DNA from: an uncultured Opitutales bacterium
Lineage (GTDB): Bacteria > Verrucomicrobiota > Verrucomicrobiia > Opitutales > JABDGR01
Length of the DNA stretch: 64,000 bases
Direction: 5' to 3'
Assembly (NCBI GenBank): GCA_964562015.1
Contig: CAZLRH010000002.1
Coordinates: 24,021-88,020, forward strand
Below the pieces are notes generated by a model, which did not search any database, was not told where the DNA came from, and saw only the letters and a program-made list of their open reading frames with translations. This document shows, in pieces, positions 8,643-17,748 of the stretch. Position numbers and translations under genes: made by a program. Position 1 is the stretch's first letter; each line of letters opens with the position of its first letter.

Positions 8643-9655
8643 TCATCGACCTCCAGCGTTTTTTGCAAACCGAGCGGCCCTACTGGACGGAGCTGGAAAG
8701 CTTCCTCAACCAGTTGGAGGCCGAACCTAACCTCGTGCTTTCGCTCGAGCGTTTGCGGCACTTTCACCATCTCTACGAGCGGACCGCCGCCGACCTGGCG
8801 AAAATCACGACCTTTTCCTCCGAGCCGGAAACCCGCCGGTATTTGGAGAACCTGGTGGCGCGCGCGTATGGCGAAATCCATGAAACCCGCGTGAAAGCTC
8901 GGCGGTTTTCGCCGCTGCAATGGTTTCTCAAGGATTTGCCGCGCACGTTCCGGCGGCACCTGGGCGCGTTTGGGTTGTCCCTCGGCATCACGCTGGCCGG
9001 TTGTGCGTTCGGCACCCTGGCGCTCGCGCTCGATCCGGCGTCGAAGCAGGTGCTCATGCCGTTTGCGGGCTTGCAGGGCGACCCGACCAAGCGCGTGGCC
9101 GAAGAGGAGAAAATGAAACAGGACCGCCTGGAAGGCCACCGGCCGGATTTTTCCGCCGGCCTCATGACGCATAACACGCGGGTCTCCATTTTCACGATGG
9201 CGCTGGGCATGACGTGGGGCGTGGGCACGATTTTCATGCTCTTCTACAATGGCGTTCTGCTCGGCGCGGTCGCCTTCGACTACATCCGGGCCGGACAGAC
9301 GACGTTCCTGCTCGGCTGGCTGCTGCCGCACGGGGTCGTGGAGATTCCTTCCATCCTGATTGCGGGGCAGGCGGGTTTGGTGCTGGCGCGCGCGCTCATC
9401 GGCTGGGGCCGGCAAATACCGCTCACCGCGCGGCTGCGGGAAATCTCGCATGATTTGGTGACGCTGATTTTCGGCGTCGCGGTCCTCCTGGTCTGGGCAG
9501 GTTTTGTGGAATCATTTCTGTCCCAATACCACGAGCCGGTGGTCCCGTACTCCGCGAAAATCGCCTTCGGGTTGGTCGAGTTGTCGTTGCTGACCCTGTT
9601 CCTCGCCAAGTCCGGCACCAAAGCCACGCCGGCCACGGACGGACCGCCCGCATGA
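8639..9655 (+). CDS. SpoIIM-like / DUF95 family membrane protein
   Basis: GTG start in a GTGA overlap. Multi-TM protein. LLPHGVVEIPSILIAGQAGLVLARAL matches the stage II sporulation protein M-like family. Position matches the conserved cluster. Confidence 0.65.
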   Translation: MIIDLQRFLQTERPYWTELESFLNQLEAEPNLVLSLERLRHFHHLYERTAADLAKITTFSSEPETRRYLENLVARAYGEIHETRVKARRFSPLQWFLKDLPRTFRRHLGAFGLSLGITLAGCAFGTLALALDPASKQVLMPFAGLQGDPTKRVAEEEKMKQDRLEGHRPDFSAGLMTHNTRVSIFTMALGMTWGVGTIFMLFYNGVLLGAVAFDYIRAGQTTFLLGWLLPHGVVEIPSILIAGQAGLVLARALIGWGRQIPLTARLREISHDLVTLIFGVAVLLVWAGFVESFLSQYHEPVVPYSAKIAFGLVELSLLTLFLAKSGTKATPATDGPPA

Positions 9656-10431
9656 AAACCAGCGCGCTACTTATCCGCACGCCCGAAGGCATTGTGTTCG
9701 CGCAAGAGCTGGCCGGGCCCATTGCGCGTTTTCTGGCATGGCTGGTGGACCAGGCGTGCATTATCGCCTCAACTCAAGTGCTGGGCGTGGCCTTGCGCGC
9801 CGTCGGCCTGCTCAGTCCGTCGCTGGCGCAGACCTTTTTTATTCTCACTTATTTTATCCTCAGCCTCGGCTACGGAATGGCGTGCGAATGGTGGTGGCGC
9901 GGGCAGACGCTCGGCAAGCGGGTGCTGCGCCTGCGGGTGATGGACGCCGAGGGCCTGCGGCTGCATTTCCCCCAAATTGTCATCCGCAATCTGCTGCGGG
10001 CGGTGGATGTGCTGCCCGTCGCCTATTTTCTCGGCGGCGTGGTGTGCTGGTGCAGCGCCAAGGGCCAGCGCCTGGGCGACATCGCCGCGAACACCATCGT
10101 CGTGCGCCATCCGAAAATCATCGAACCGGACCTCGGCCAATTGCTGGCGGGCAAATACAATTCCCTGCGCCTGCACCCGCACCTGGCGGCGCGCCTGCGC
10201 CAGCGCGTTTCGCCGGGCGAGGCCTCCGTGGCGCTGCAGGCGATTTTTCGGCGCGACGAATTTGAGCCGCTGGCGCGCGTGGAACTTTTTGCCGAGCTGG
10301 CGCAACATTTCCGCGCCAAAGTCGATTTTCCCGCGGAAGTCTGCGCAGGCATCACGGACGAGCAGTACATGCGCAACGTGGTCGACGTGGTGTACCGGCA
10401 GCAGGCCCAACCGCCGATCATGCGCCATTGA
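9652..10431 (+). CDS. RDD family membrane protein
   Basis: WWWRGQTLGKRVLRLRVMDAEGLRLHFPQIVIRNLLRAVDVLP is the classic RDD core. ATGA overlap with the upstream gene. Confidence 0.8.
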   Translation: MKTSALLIRTPEGIVFAQELAGPIARFLAWLVDQACIIASTQVLGVALRAVGLLSPSLAQTFFILTYFILSLGYGMACEWWWRGQTLGKRVLRLRVMDAEGLRLHFPQIVIRNLLRAVDVLPVAYFLGGVVCWCSAKGQRLGDIAANTIVVRHPKIIEPDLGQLLAGKYNSLRLHPHLAARLRQRVSPGEASVALQAIFRRDEFEPLARVELFAELAQHFRAKVDFPAEVCAGITDEQYMRNVVDVVYRQQAQPPIMRH

Positions 10432-12417
10432 TCATTTGACCTCGGCCGGCTGCTCCTCCGCCTCCGCGGCGGCCTCCGCGAGGCCGGCGAGTTTGAAATG
10501 CTGGGCGGTGAAATCGGCGGCCTGCACCACGGCGCGAAACACGCCTTTCAAAATTTCCTGGTCGATTTTGCTCAACTCCTCGGGGCGGATGAATTGGCCG
10601 TTGTCGCCGTGACGGAAGCCCGCGAGCGCCTGATGGTAAAGCGTGGCGCGCGCGGCCTCCGCGGCGTCCTCGAGTGCGGCGCGCCCGGCGGGCAGGCGTT
10701 GCGCGGCCTGCAAAAAGCGCGCGCTCGTGCTGAGCGGGTCCGGGCCGCCTGCCTCGAGGGCGAACACGCGCGCCATGTCGGCCAGCGGTTGGAGGGCGTG
10801 CTGCCGGGTGTCGATGCAGGTCCAGAGCAGGCCCTCCTTGTCCACGACGGCGTTGCGGAAAATGGTCAGCGGCGGCAAATTGGCGAGGGAGTCGTTGGCC
10901 GCGAGCAAAATAAACTGGGCCTGCTCTGCGATGCGCGCGCGAACGTGCCCGCGCAATTGTTCGGCGAGTTCACCCGCACCGGCCACTGCGCGCAGGTCAA
11001 AAAACGGCAAACGGGAAAGGATGTTCTCCTCGACGGGGCTTTCGATCCAGGTTTGAAAAACCCCGCGCCAACTGGAGAGCGACCGGCAGCAACCCGGTTG
11101 CGCGGCGACCATGCCCTCCGGCGAAGGACGAAAACCCACCGCCGCCAGGCCCGCCGTCACCTGCTCGGCCAGCCGCAAAAACCACGCCTGCACCGCGGCT
11201 TCCCGTCCGGGCGGCGGGTCGGCAAAGACGAGCGCGGTTTCCTGGTGCGAGCGCAACAAGCGCTCGCGGCGGCCCTCGGCGCCCACGGCCAGCCAGCAAA
11301 AATTCACGCCCGGCGCGGGCTCGCCGGAGGCGGCCATTTCCGCCGCGGCCAAATCCAGCAGGCGGGCGGTGATCTGGTCGTCCACCTCGCTGATAAAATC
11401 TCCCGCCCAGCTCAAGGGCGCGCGTTCCTGCAGGGCGAACTTGAGCAAATCCTCCGCGCGTTCGCGGAAGGCGCGCAAAGCGGCGGCATCCGGGGCCGTG
11501 CGGATTTCCATGCCCAGGGCAATCGGCAAACGCCCGTACAACACCTGCGTGTCGCGCTCGCTGATCAAGCCCGCCACGGAGGTTGCCGTCGTGCCATCGA
11601 CCGTGACCACCAGATGGCGGACCTTGTGCCGCAGCATTTCCAACACAATCTCGCCGGCGGTCAGGCCCGGCCGGACCGTCCACACCGGCCGGCTCATGAT
11701 GGCTTCGACGGGCGCCAGCAACGGCACTTCGCCGGTGGCCACGCGATGCACCAAATCCGTTTCCGTGATGACGCCGAGCGGGCGGCCGCCCGTGTCCACC
11801 ACCACCAGGGCGTCGCCGCGCGTGCGCAGGCGCTGGGCGGCGTCGCGCACGCTCATGGTCGGCAGGCCCGTGAGGAGGCGCCAGCGAGCGCGCTCCGCCA
11901 GCGGCGCGGTGGCGGAGAGCCAGGTGTCCGCGGCCTCGGTGGTCGAGCCCGCGCGCGAGGGGGCCGTGCCGGCCTGCGGGTCGGGCAATTGAAAATCGGG
12001 CCGGAGGGAAAAATAGGCGGCAAGATAGCGCGATACTTTCGGATATTTGCGGGCCAGCGGCGCAAAATCATCCCACGGCAGCGCGTACAGCAGGGTGTCC
12101 GTCTCGGTGCGAGCGCTTTGCACGAAGGTCTTCTCGCTGAGGAACCAGGAGATGCCGAGCAGGTCGCCCACGCCGCGCATGTCCACGAGTTCCTCGCCGC
12201 GCGGGGTGTTTTGCACGACGCGCACGGTGCCTTGCTGGATGACGTAGAGCCACGGGCCCCGCGGCTCACCCTGGCGGAAAATATATTCTCCCTCCTCGTG
12301 GAATTTCACCCGGCCCAGCGAGGCCAGCCGCTGGACGTCGGCCGGTTCCATGTACTCAAACGGCGGGTGCTCCTTGAGAAAGTCGGCGACCCGCAGGGCG
12401 ATGCTCGAAGTCTTCAT
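10432..12417 (-). CDS. cyclic-nucleotide-binding + tandem CBS + DUF294 (putative nucleotidyltransferase) signalling protein
   Basis: cNMP-binding beta-roll at the N-terminus (GEYIFRQGEPRGPWLYVIQQGTVRV), then CBS pairs and a C-terminal DUF294-like region. Start chosen at MKTSSIAL (12417). An in-frame upstream ATG at 12501 is also possible. Confidence 0.7.
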   Translation of the reverse strand: MKTSSIALRVADFLKEHPPFEYMEPADVQRLASLGRVKFHEEGEYIFRQGEPRGPWLYVIQQGTVRVVQNTPRGEELVDMRGVGDLLGISWFLSEKTFVQSARTETDTLLYALPWDDFAPLARKYPKVSRYLAAYFSLRPDFQLPDPQAGTAPSRAGSTTEAADTWLSATAPLAERARWRLLTGLPTMSVRDAAQRLRTRGDALVVVDTGGRPLGVITETDLVHRVATGEVPLLAPVEAIMSRPVWTVRPGLTAGEIVLEMLRHKVRHLVVTVDGTTATSVAGLISERDTQVLYGRLPIALGMEIRTAPDAAALRAFRERAEDLLKFALQERAPLSWAGDFISEVDDQITARLLDLAAAEMAASGEPAPGVNFCWLAVGAEGRRERLLRSHQETALVFADPPPGREAAVQAWFLRLAEQVTAGLAAVGFRPSPEGMVAAQPGCCRSLSSWRGVFQTWIESPVEENILSRLPFFDLRAVAGAGELAEQLRGHVRARIAEQAQFILLAANDSLANLPPLTIFRNAVVDKEGLLWTCIDTRQHALQPLADMARVFALEAGGPDPLSTSARFLQAAQRLPAGRAALEDAAEAARATLYHQALAGFRHGDNGQFIRPEELSKIDQEILKGVFRAVVQAADFTAQHFKLAGLAEAAAEAEEQPAEVK

Positions 12418-12544
12418 ACCGTGCGCGGTGGGGAAGGGGCCGCGGATTGTTTCGTCAGCCTGCGAATCCCCTAGGTTACACCGGCGCGCGTCCTGCGCCA
12501 AGCAAATCCCGAAGCAAAATGGAACCCTTTGCCCCCGCCGAAAA

Positions 12545-13471
12545 TCAGCGCGGGTCCGCCACCGCCATGGCCGAGCCCATCTGTGCGTACAACTCGCGGC
12601 CCTGGCGTGTGTTTTCGACCAAATCCTCCGCGAGCCGCACGCGCCCGGGCTCGAACAGCGTCACGGTGGCCGAACCGCCAAAGGCGAAATACCCCTTTTC
12701 GTCGCCCCGCGCCACACGGCGGCCAACGGCATAGGTCTGGTGAATGCTGCCGACATTCGTGGCGCCTACTTCGAGCAATAGAACGCGGCCCGCGCGCGGA
12801 GATTCAAACTCGGTGATGCGCCGCCGGTTTTCCCACAGGTAGGCCAGCCGCCGCCGCAGAGCGATCGGGTTGACGCTCCACAACGTCCCGCGCACCAAGC
12901 GAGCCGGGCCGGGCGTGCCGTCCGTCGGAAAATGAAACCGGTGATAATCCACCGGACACAGGCGCGACAAAATGAGCGTGCCCTGCGCATACCGCCGCGC
13001 CAGTTCGGCATCCCCGAGCAGCGCGCGGAGATTCCAGCGCTGGCCCTTGATGAAGACTCCGTCCACCTTGGAGACATCCGGGAACCCAAGGTGCCGCCCG
13101 TCCGCGCCGAAGACCATCGTCTCCGGTCCGCCGGCCAACGGGCGCACTCCCGCCTTCAGGCGCCGCACGAAGAAATCGTTAAAGCTGCGAAAATTCTCCA
13201 CCGGCTCGGCAAATTCGGATTCGTCCAGCGCATAGTGCTGGAGAAAGGGACGGATGCGCAGGCGGCTGACGCTCCGGCGCATGCGCCAGCCGTACCAGTG
13301 CGCAAACCAGCCGCGCCGTGCCACCGCCCAGGCCGTCAGGCGACCCTGGCCCGATTCATAGGCCCACCGCAGAAAACTCTCGCCGTAAACCTGCTCCACC
13401 TCGACCCGGCCGGTGTGCCGGTTGAAGTACTCAACCGGCTGGCCGCGCGCGGCTTTGACGCTGTCAAACAT
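12545..13471 (-). CDS. psd: phosphatidylserine decarboxylase proenzyme
   Basis: FNDFFVRRLKAGVRP, LSRLCPVDYHRFHFP, and a FGGS-type cleavage motif near the C-terminus. Start at MFDSVK (13471). The ORF extends in frame to 13507. Confidence 0.8.
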   Translation of the reverse strand: MFDSVKAARGQPVEYFNRHTGRVEVEQVYGESFLRWAYESGQGRLTAWAVARRGWFAHWYGWRMRRSVSRLRIRPFLQHYALDESEFAEPVENFRSFNDFFVRRLKAGVRPLAGGPETMVFGADGRHLGFPDVSKVDGVFIKGQRWNLRALLGDAELARRYAQGTLILSRLCPVDYHRFHFPTDGTPGPARLVRGTLWSVNPIALRRRLAYLWENRRRITEFESPRAGRVLLLEVGATNVGSIHQTYAVGRRVARGDEKGYFAFGGSATVTLFEPGRVRLAEDLVENTRQGRELYAQMGSAMAVADPR

Positions 13472-13709
13472 ACGCCCCACACAACCGGATGCCCCCGCGC
13501 TCCTCAAGCGCGAACCGCGATGTGCTTAGACACCTGCGGACGCCCGCATCGCCTCGATGAATTGGAATTCAGTGATTCTTCCTTGGCAAAATAAAGGCAA
13601 AGCCTCATTTCCAAATCAGGCGAGACTATCTATGCTGTTGGTTAGCTTTTGCAGGACTGTCATTTTGCTTTCAGAATTTTGCATTCTACATTCTCGATTC
13701 TACCTTCTC

Positions 13710-14321
13710 ATGTTGTGGCAAATTCTCCTTTTCGACGGTTTTGACGAACTCGACGCGGTCGCGCCGTTCGAGGTGCTGCAGATGGCGGCTGCGCGCGTGC
13801 CGGAGTGGCGGGTGGAACTCGTGGCCGTGGAGGGCCCGCGTGAAATCACCGCCAACCACGGGCTGCGCTTGCACGCCACCGGCAAGCTGGGGCCGACGAG
13901 CGGACTGGGCCGCCCGGATGTCATCATCGTGCCAGGCGGCGGATGGGTGGACCGCAAGGCCCACGGCGCACGCGCCGAAGTCACGCGCGGATTAATTCCC
14001 AAAGCCCTAGGTGAGTTGAGCCGCTCGGGTACCCTCGTCTGCTCCGTCTGCACGGGGGCGATGCTCGTGGCCGCGGCGGGATTGCTGCGCAATCGGCCGG
14101 CGACGACCCATCACGCCGCGCTCGAGGATTTGCGCGCGGCCGGGGCGAAAATTATTTCGGCGCGCGTGGTGGACGCCGGCGACCTGGTGACCGCGGGCGG
14201 CGTCACCTCCGGCCTCGACCTGGCCCTGCATCTGGTGGGTCGCTTCAGTTCCCCCGCCCTCGCCCGCCAGCTCGAAGGCACGCTCGAATACGAGCAGCGC
14301 GAGGAAGCGTGGAAGGGCTAG
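13710..14321 (+). CDS. DJ-1/PfpI (ThiJ) family protein
   Basis: ILLFDGFDELDAVAPFEVL, VIIVPGGGW, nucleophile elbow CSVCTGAMLVAAAGLL. ATG at 13710 directly after a CT-rich leader. Confidence 0.8.
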   Translation: MLWQILLFDGFDELDAVAPFEVLQMAAARVPEWRVELVAVEGPREITANHGLRLHATGKLGPTSGLGRPDVIIVPGGGWVDRKAHGARAEVTRGLIPKALGELSRSGTLVCSVCTGAMLVAAAGLLRNRPATTHHAALEDLRAAGAKIISARVVDAGDLVTAGGVTSGLDLALHLVGRFSSPALARQLEGTLEYEQREEAWKG

Positions 14322-14791
14322 CCTTTGGGATGATTCGTCGCAACGATCCCCGCGCCCGCGATGCCATCCTCGGAGACCAGGCCCACTTTCGGCTCCGTTG
14401 AGTTTTCTCGGGCCTGTTTCGCGGCTTTCCGTTTGGCCGTCAAGGCCGCGGCATATGCGTCAGCTTCCTGCTCGGTAATGACGCCGTCCTTATCCGCGTC
14501 GGCCTGCGCCAGGGCGGCATTGACGAGGATAGTAGAGGAATCTCGATCCCGCTCATAATAACTGACCGGCAAAGGCACAAAGAGGGTGAGGCTGTGCTTA
14601 TATCCGTCGGCGGGAAATTTCTCCGCCAGCAACGCCTCGTAAAACGTCTGGGACGCTTTCTCCGAGGCAAAAGTTGTGCCGGCACGCGGGGCGTCATGGT
14701 AAGTGTACTTTTGCACGGACACGCAGCCGTAGAGGAGAAGCGCGGACAACGCCGCGGGAAGGAGACCAGGGAGGCGGAAGTTAAGGGTCAT
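14318..14791 (-). CDS. lipoprotein with EF-hand-like Ca-binding loop (hypothetical)
   Basis: Lipoprotein signal MTLNFRLPGLLPAALSALLLYGC. DADKDGVITEQEAD matches the 12-residue EF-hand loop (DxDxDGxIxxxE). Confidence 0.5.
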   Translation of the reverse strand: MTLNFRLPGLLPAALSALLLYGCVSVQKYTYHDAPRAGTTFASEKASQTFYEALLAEKFPADGYKHSLTLFVPLPVSYYERDRDSSTILVNAALAQADADKDGVITEQEADAYAAALTAKRKAAKQARENSTEPKVGLVSEDGIAGAGIVATNHPKG

Positions 14792-14890
14792 GCAGGCCGT
14801 AATACCTCTAACTAATAGGTATGTCAACCATTAAACTATGAGGTATTGCAGCCCCAGCGAGATCCGGCTGCGTGAAATCAAAAAAGAGAA

Positions 14891-17527
14891 CTATTTCTTC
14901 TCGGGTTTACCGGCCGCTTTTTCGCCCGCCACCACAGTCATCACCAGTTCGCCTTTTTTCTCGTCGGCGGTGAATTTCGCGGTCTGGCCCTCGCGGATTT
15001 CTCCGGCAATAAGCGCGCGGGCGAGGCGGGTTTCGACTTGTTTCTGGAGGAACCGGCGCAGGGGACGCGCGCCGAACACCGGGTCGTAGCCGCGCTCGGC
15101 GGCCCACGATTTCGCAGCGTTATCAAACTCGACGCGCACGCGGCGGTCCGCCAGACGCTTGTTCACATCGGCCAGCAGCAAGTCCACGATGTGGGTGATT
15201 TCCTCGAGCGTGAGCGGCTTGAAGAGAATGACATCGTCGATGCGGTTTAAAAATTCCGGGCGGAAGGCGCCGCGCAATTCCGTCATCACGCTTTCGCGCA
15301 CGCTCTCGGGAATTTCGTCGCCGCGCACGCCTTCGAGCAGGAAGCGCGAGCCGATGTTCGAAGTCATGATGATGACGGTGTTTTTGAAATCGACCACGCG
15401 GCCCTGGCTGTCCGTCAGGCGGCCGTCGTCAAGAATTTGCAGGAGCGTGTTGAACACGTCGGGGTGGGCTTTTTCCACTTCGTCGAACAGCACGACGCAA
15501 TACGGTTTGCGGCGCACGGCCTCGGTGAGCTGGCCGCCCTCGTCGTAGCCGACGTACCCAGGTGGCGCGCCGATGAGCCGCGCGACCGAGTGTTTTTCCA
15601 TGTATTCGCTCATGTCGAGCCGCACGATATTGTCCTCGCTGTCGAACAGCGCGGCGGCGAGCGTCTTTGCCAGCTCGGTTTTGCCGACGCCGGTGGGCCC
15701 CAAAAACAGGAACGAGCCGATGGGCCGGCGCGGGTCCTTGATGCCGGCGCGCGCGCGCAAAATCGCCTCGGTGACGAGCGTGACCGCCTCGTGCTGGCCG
15801 ATGACGCGCTCGTGCAAGACCTCCTCGAGGCGTAAAAGTTTTTCCTTCTCCCCCTCGAGCAGGCGGGTGACCGGCACGCCCGTCCAGCGGGCGACAATTT
15901 CCGCGATTTCCTCGCCCGTGACCTCCTCCTTGAAGAGCGTGTTCTTGTCCTCGGATTTTTCGAGCTTCGCCAATTCGGCCTCGAGCTTTGGAATGGTGCC
16001 GTGGCGCAGCTCGGCCATTTTTTGCAAATCGTAGGTGCGCTCGGCGGTTTCCATGGCCTGGCGCGCGGCTTCCAGTTCCTCGCGGACTTTTTGCACGCGG
16101 CCCTGCGCGGCTTTTTCCGACTCCCAGCGGGCCCGCAAAGCCCCGGCCTCGGCGCGGATACCGGTCAGCTCCTTGCGCAGGGTGTCGAGCCGTCGCTTGG
16201 AGGCCTCGTCCTTTTCATTTTTTAGCGCGGCCTCCTCAATTTCCAATTGCAGAACGCGGCGCGACAACCCGTCGAGTTCTTGCGGCATGGAATCGCGGTC
16301 GGTGCGAATCATCGCACAGGCTTCGTCCATGAGGTCGATCGCCTTGTCCGGGAGGAAGCGGTCGGCAATGTAGCGGTGGGAAAGAACGGCGGCCTCGACG
16401 AGCGCGTTGTCGGTGATGCGCACGCCGTGGTGCAATTCGAAGCGTTCCTTGAGCCCGCGCAAAATCGAAATGGTGTCCTCGACATTCGGCTGGTCCACCA
16501 TCACGGGCTGGAAGCGCCGTTCGAGCGCGGCGTCTTTCTCGATGTGCTTGCGGTATTCGTCGAGCGTGGTCGCACCAATGCAATGCAACTCGCCGCGCGC
16601 GAGCATGGGCTTGAGGAGATTGCCGGCATCCATGGCTCCCTCAGCCTTGCCCGCGCCGACGATGGTGTGCAATTCGTCGATGAATAGCACGACGCGCCCG
16701 GCGGAGTTTTTGATTTCCGCGAGGACGGCTTTGAGGCGTTCTTCGAATTCGCCGCGGTATTTCGCGCCGGCCAGGAGCGCGCCCATGTCGAGGGAGAAGA
16801 TGGTCTTGTCCTTCAGCCCCTCCGGCACATCACCGCGCACAATGCGGTGCGCCAGACCCTCGACGATGGCGGTCTTGCCGACGCCTGGCTCGCCGATGAG
16901 CACGGGGTTGTTCTTGGTCTTGCGCGACAAAATGCGGATGACGCGGCGGATTTCCTCATCGCGCCCGATGACCGGATCCAGCTTTCCCTTCTTGGCCTGC
17001 TCGACCAGATCGATGCCATATTTGCCCAGTGCGTCGTAAGTCGCCTCAGGATTCTCCGAAGTCACACGCTGGTTGCCGCGCACGGCCTTCAGGCTTTCAA
17101 GAATTTTTGCCGGCGTGATGCCGAAGCCCTGGAGAAATTTGCCGAACTCCGGCGCGCCGGGCGCTTCGACCAAGCCCAGCAGCAAGTGCTCGACCGAAAC
17201 GTAATCGTCCTTCAAGCGCTTGGCCGCGGCCTCGGCCTTGGTGACGGCGTCTTGAAACGCCTGCGTGATGTAAATTTGCGAGGCGCTGGCGGGGCCGGTC
17301 ACGCTCGGCAGGCGGTCCAATTCCTTGGCCAAACCCGTCTGGACCGCCGCGGGTGAAATCTCCAATTTTTGCAATAGGGCCGGCGCGAGGCCGCCCTCCT
17401 GCCCCAACAACGCCGCCAGCAAATGCCAGTTGTCGACCTGCTGGTGGTGCCGGCGCCGGGCCTCGGCCTGGGCCTCCATGATGGCCGCGCGCGCCTTTTC
17501 GGTAAATTTATTGAGGTCGAGATTCAT
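14891..17527 (-). CDS. clpB: ATP-dependent chaperone ClpB
   Basis: Two AAA+ modules ([15 protein letters not shown]; [15 protein letters not shown]) separated by a long coiled-coil M-domain. Clp N-domain at the N-terminus. Start MNLDLNKF. Confidence 0.97.
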   Translation of the reverse strand: MNLDLNKFTEKARAAIMEAQAEARRRHHQQVDNWHLLAALLGQEGGLAPALLQKLEISPAAVQTGLAKELDRLPSVTGPASASQIYITQAFQDAVTKAEAAAKRLKDDYVSVEHLLLGLVEAPGAPEFGKFLQGFGITPAKILESLKAVRGNQRVTSENPEATYDALGKYGIDLVEQAKKGKLDPVIGRDEEIRRVIRILSRKTKNNPVLIGEPGVGKTAIVEGLAHRIVRGDVPEGLKDKTIFSLDMGALLAGAKYRGEFEERLKAVLAEIKNSAGRVVLFIDELHTIVGAGKAEGAMDAGNLLKPMLARGELHCIGATTLDEYRKHIEKDAALERRFQPVMVDQPNVEDTISILRGLKERFELHHGVRITDNALVEAAVLSHRYIADRFLPDKAIDLMDEACAMIRTDRDSMPQELDGLSRRVLQLEIEEAALKNEKDEASKRRLDTLRKELTGIRAEAGALRARWESEKAAQGRVQKVREELEAARQAMETAERTYDLQKMAELRHGTIPKLEAELAKLEKSEDKNTLFKEEVTGEEIAEIVARWTGVPVTRLLEGEKEKLLRLEEVLHERVIGQHEAVTLVTEAILRARAGIKDPRRPIGSFLFLGPTGVGKTELAKTLAAALFDSEDNIVRLDMSEYMEKHSVARLIGAPPGYVGYDEGGQLTEAVRRKPYCVVLFDEVEKAHPDVFNTLLQILDDGRLTDSQGRVVDFKNTVIIMTSNIGSRFLLEGVRGDEIPESVRESVMTELRGAFRPEFLNRIDDVILFKPLTLEEITHIVDLLLADVNKRLADRRVRVEFDNAAKSWAAERGYDPVFGARPLRRFLQKQVETRLARALIAGEIREGQTAKFTADEKKGELVMTVVAGEKAAGKPEKK

Positions 17528-17544
17528 TCCGGTTCCTTTACCAC

Positions 17545-17572
17545 AAAGTATTCCATGCGCGCCGTGGGTCAA
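17545..17572 (-). promoter_or_regulatory. candidate sigma70-like promoter for clpB (-35 TTGACC, 16-nt spacer, -10 TACTTT on minus strand)
   Basis: Reverse complement reads gggaggTTGACCcacggcgcgcatggaaTACTTTgtggtaaaggaaccggaATG. Spacing and hexamers are plausible. Coordinates approximate (+/-2). Confidence 0.3.
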
Positions 17573-17611
17573 CCTCCCGACAGTGATTTAATCGAATCTT
17601 TTGGCCGGTAA

Positions 17612-17625
17612 TAGTTTGCAAACTA
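17612..17625. promoter_or_regulatory. 14-bp perfect palindrome TAGTTTGCAAACTA upstream of clpB (candidate operator)
   Basis: Self-complementary 14-mer about 90 bp upstream of the clpB start. Nearby GGTCAAAC motifs. Confidence 0.25.
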
Positions 17626-17748
17626 CCATGGTCAAACACGTAACTCCATGGGTTTCGCATCTAGCCACGTCAATTTGTCCGTTGGGGACGCCCAGACTGC
17701 GCCAACTTGGCCTGCCTTCAGAGATTAAAATTCCCCCATTTCGCGGCT

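Noticed and set aside
14792-14890. AT-rich 100-bp spacer with imperfect inverted repeat AATACCTC...GAGGTATT between clpB and the EF-hand lipoprotein gene
   Set aside because: The stem is separated by a loop of about 30 nt and lacks a U-tract. It is more likely promoter/-10-like AT-rich DNA for the lipoprotein gene than a defined terminator or ncRNA.
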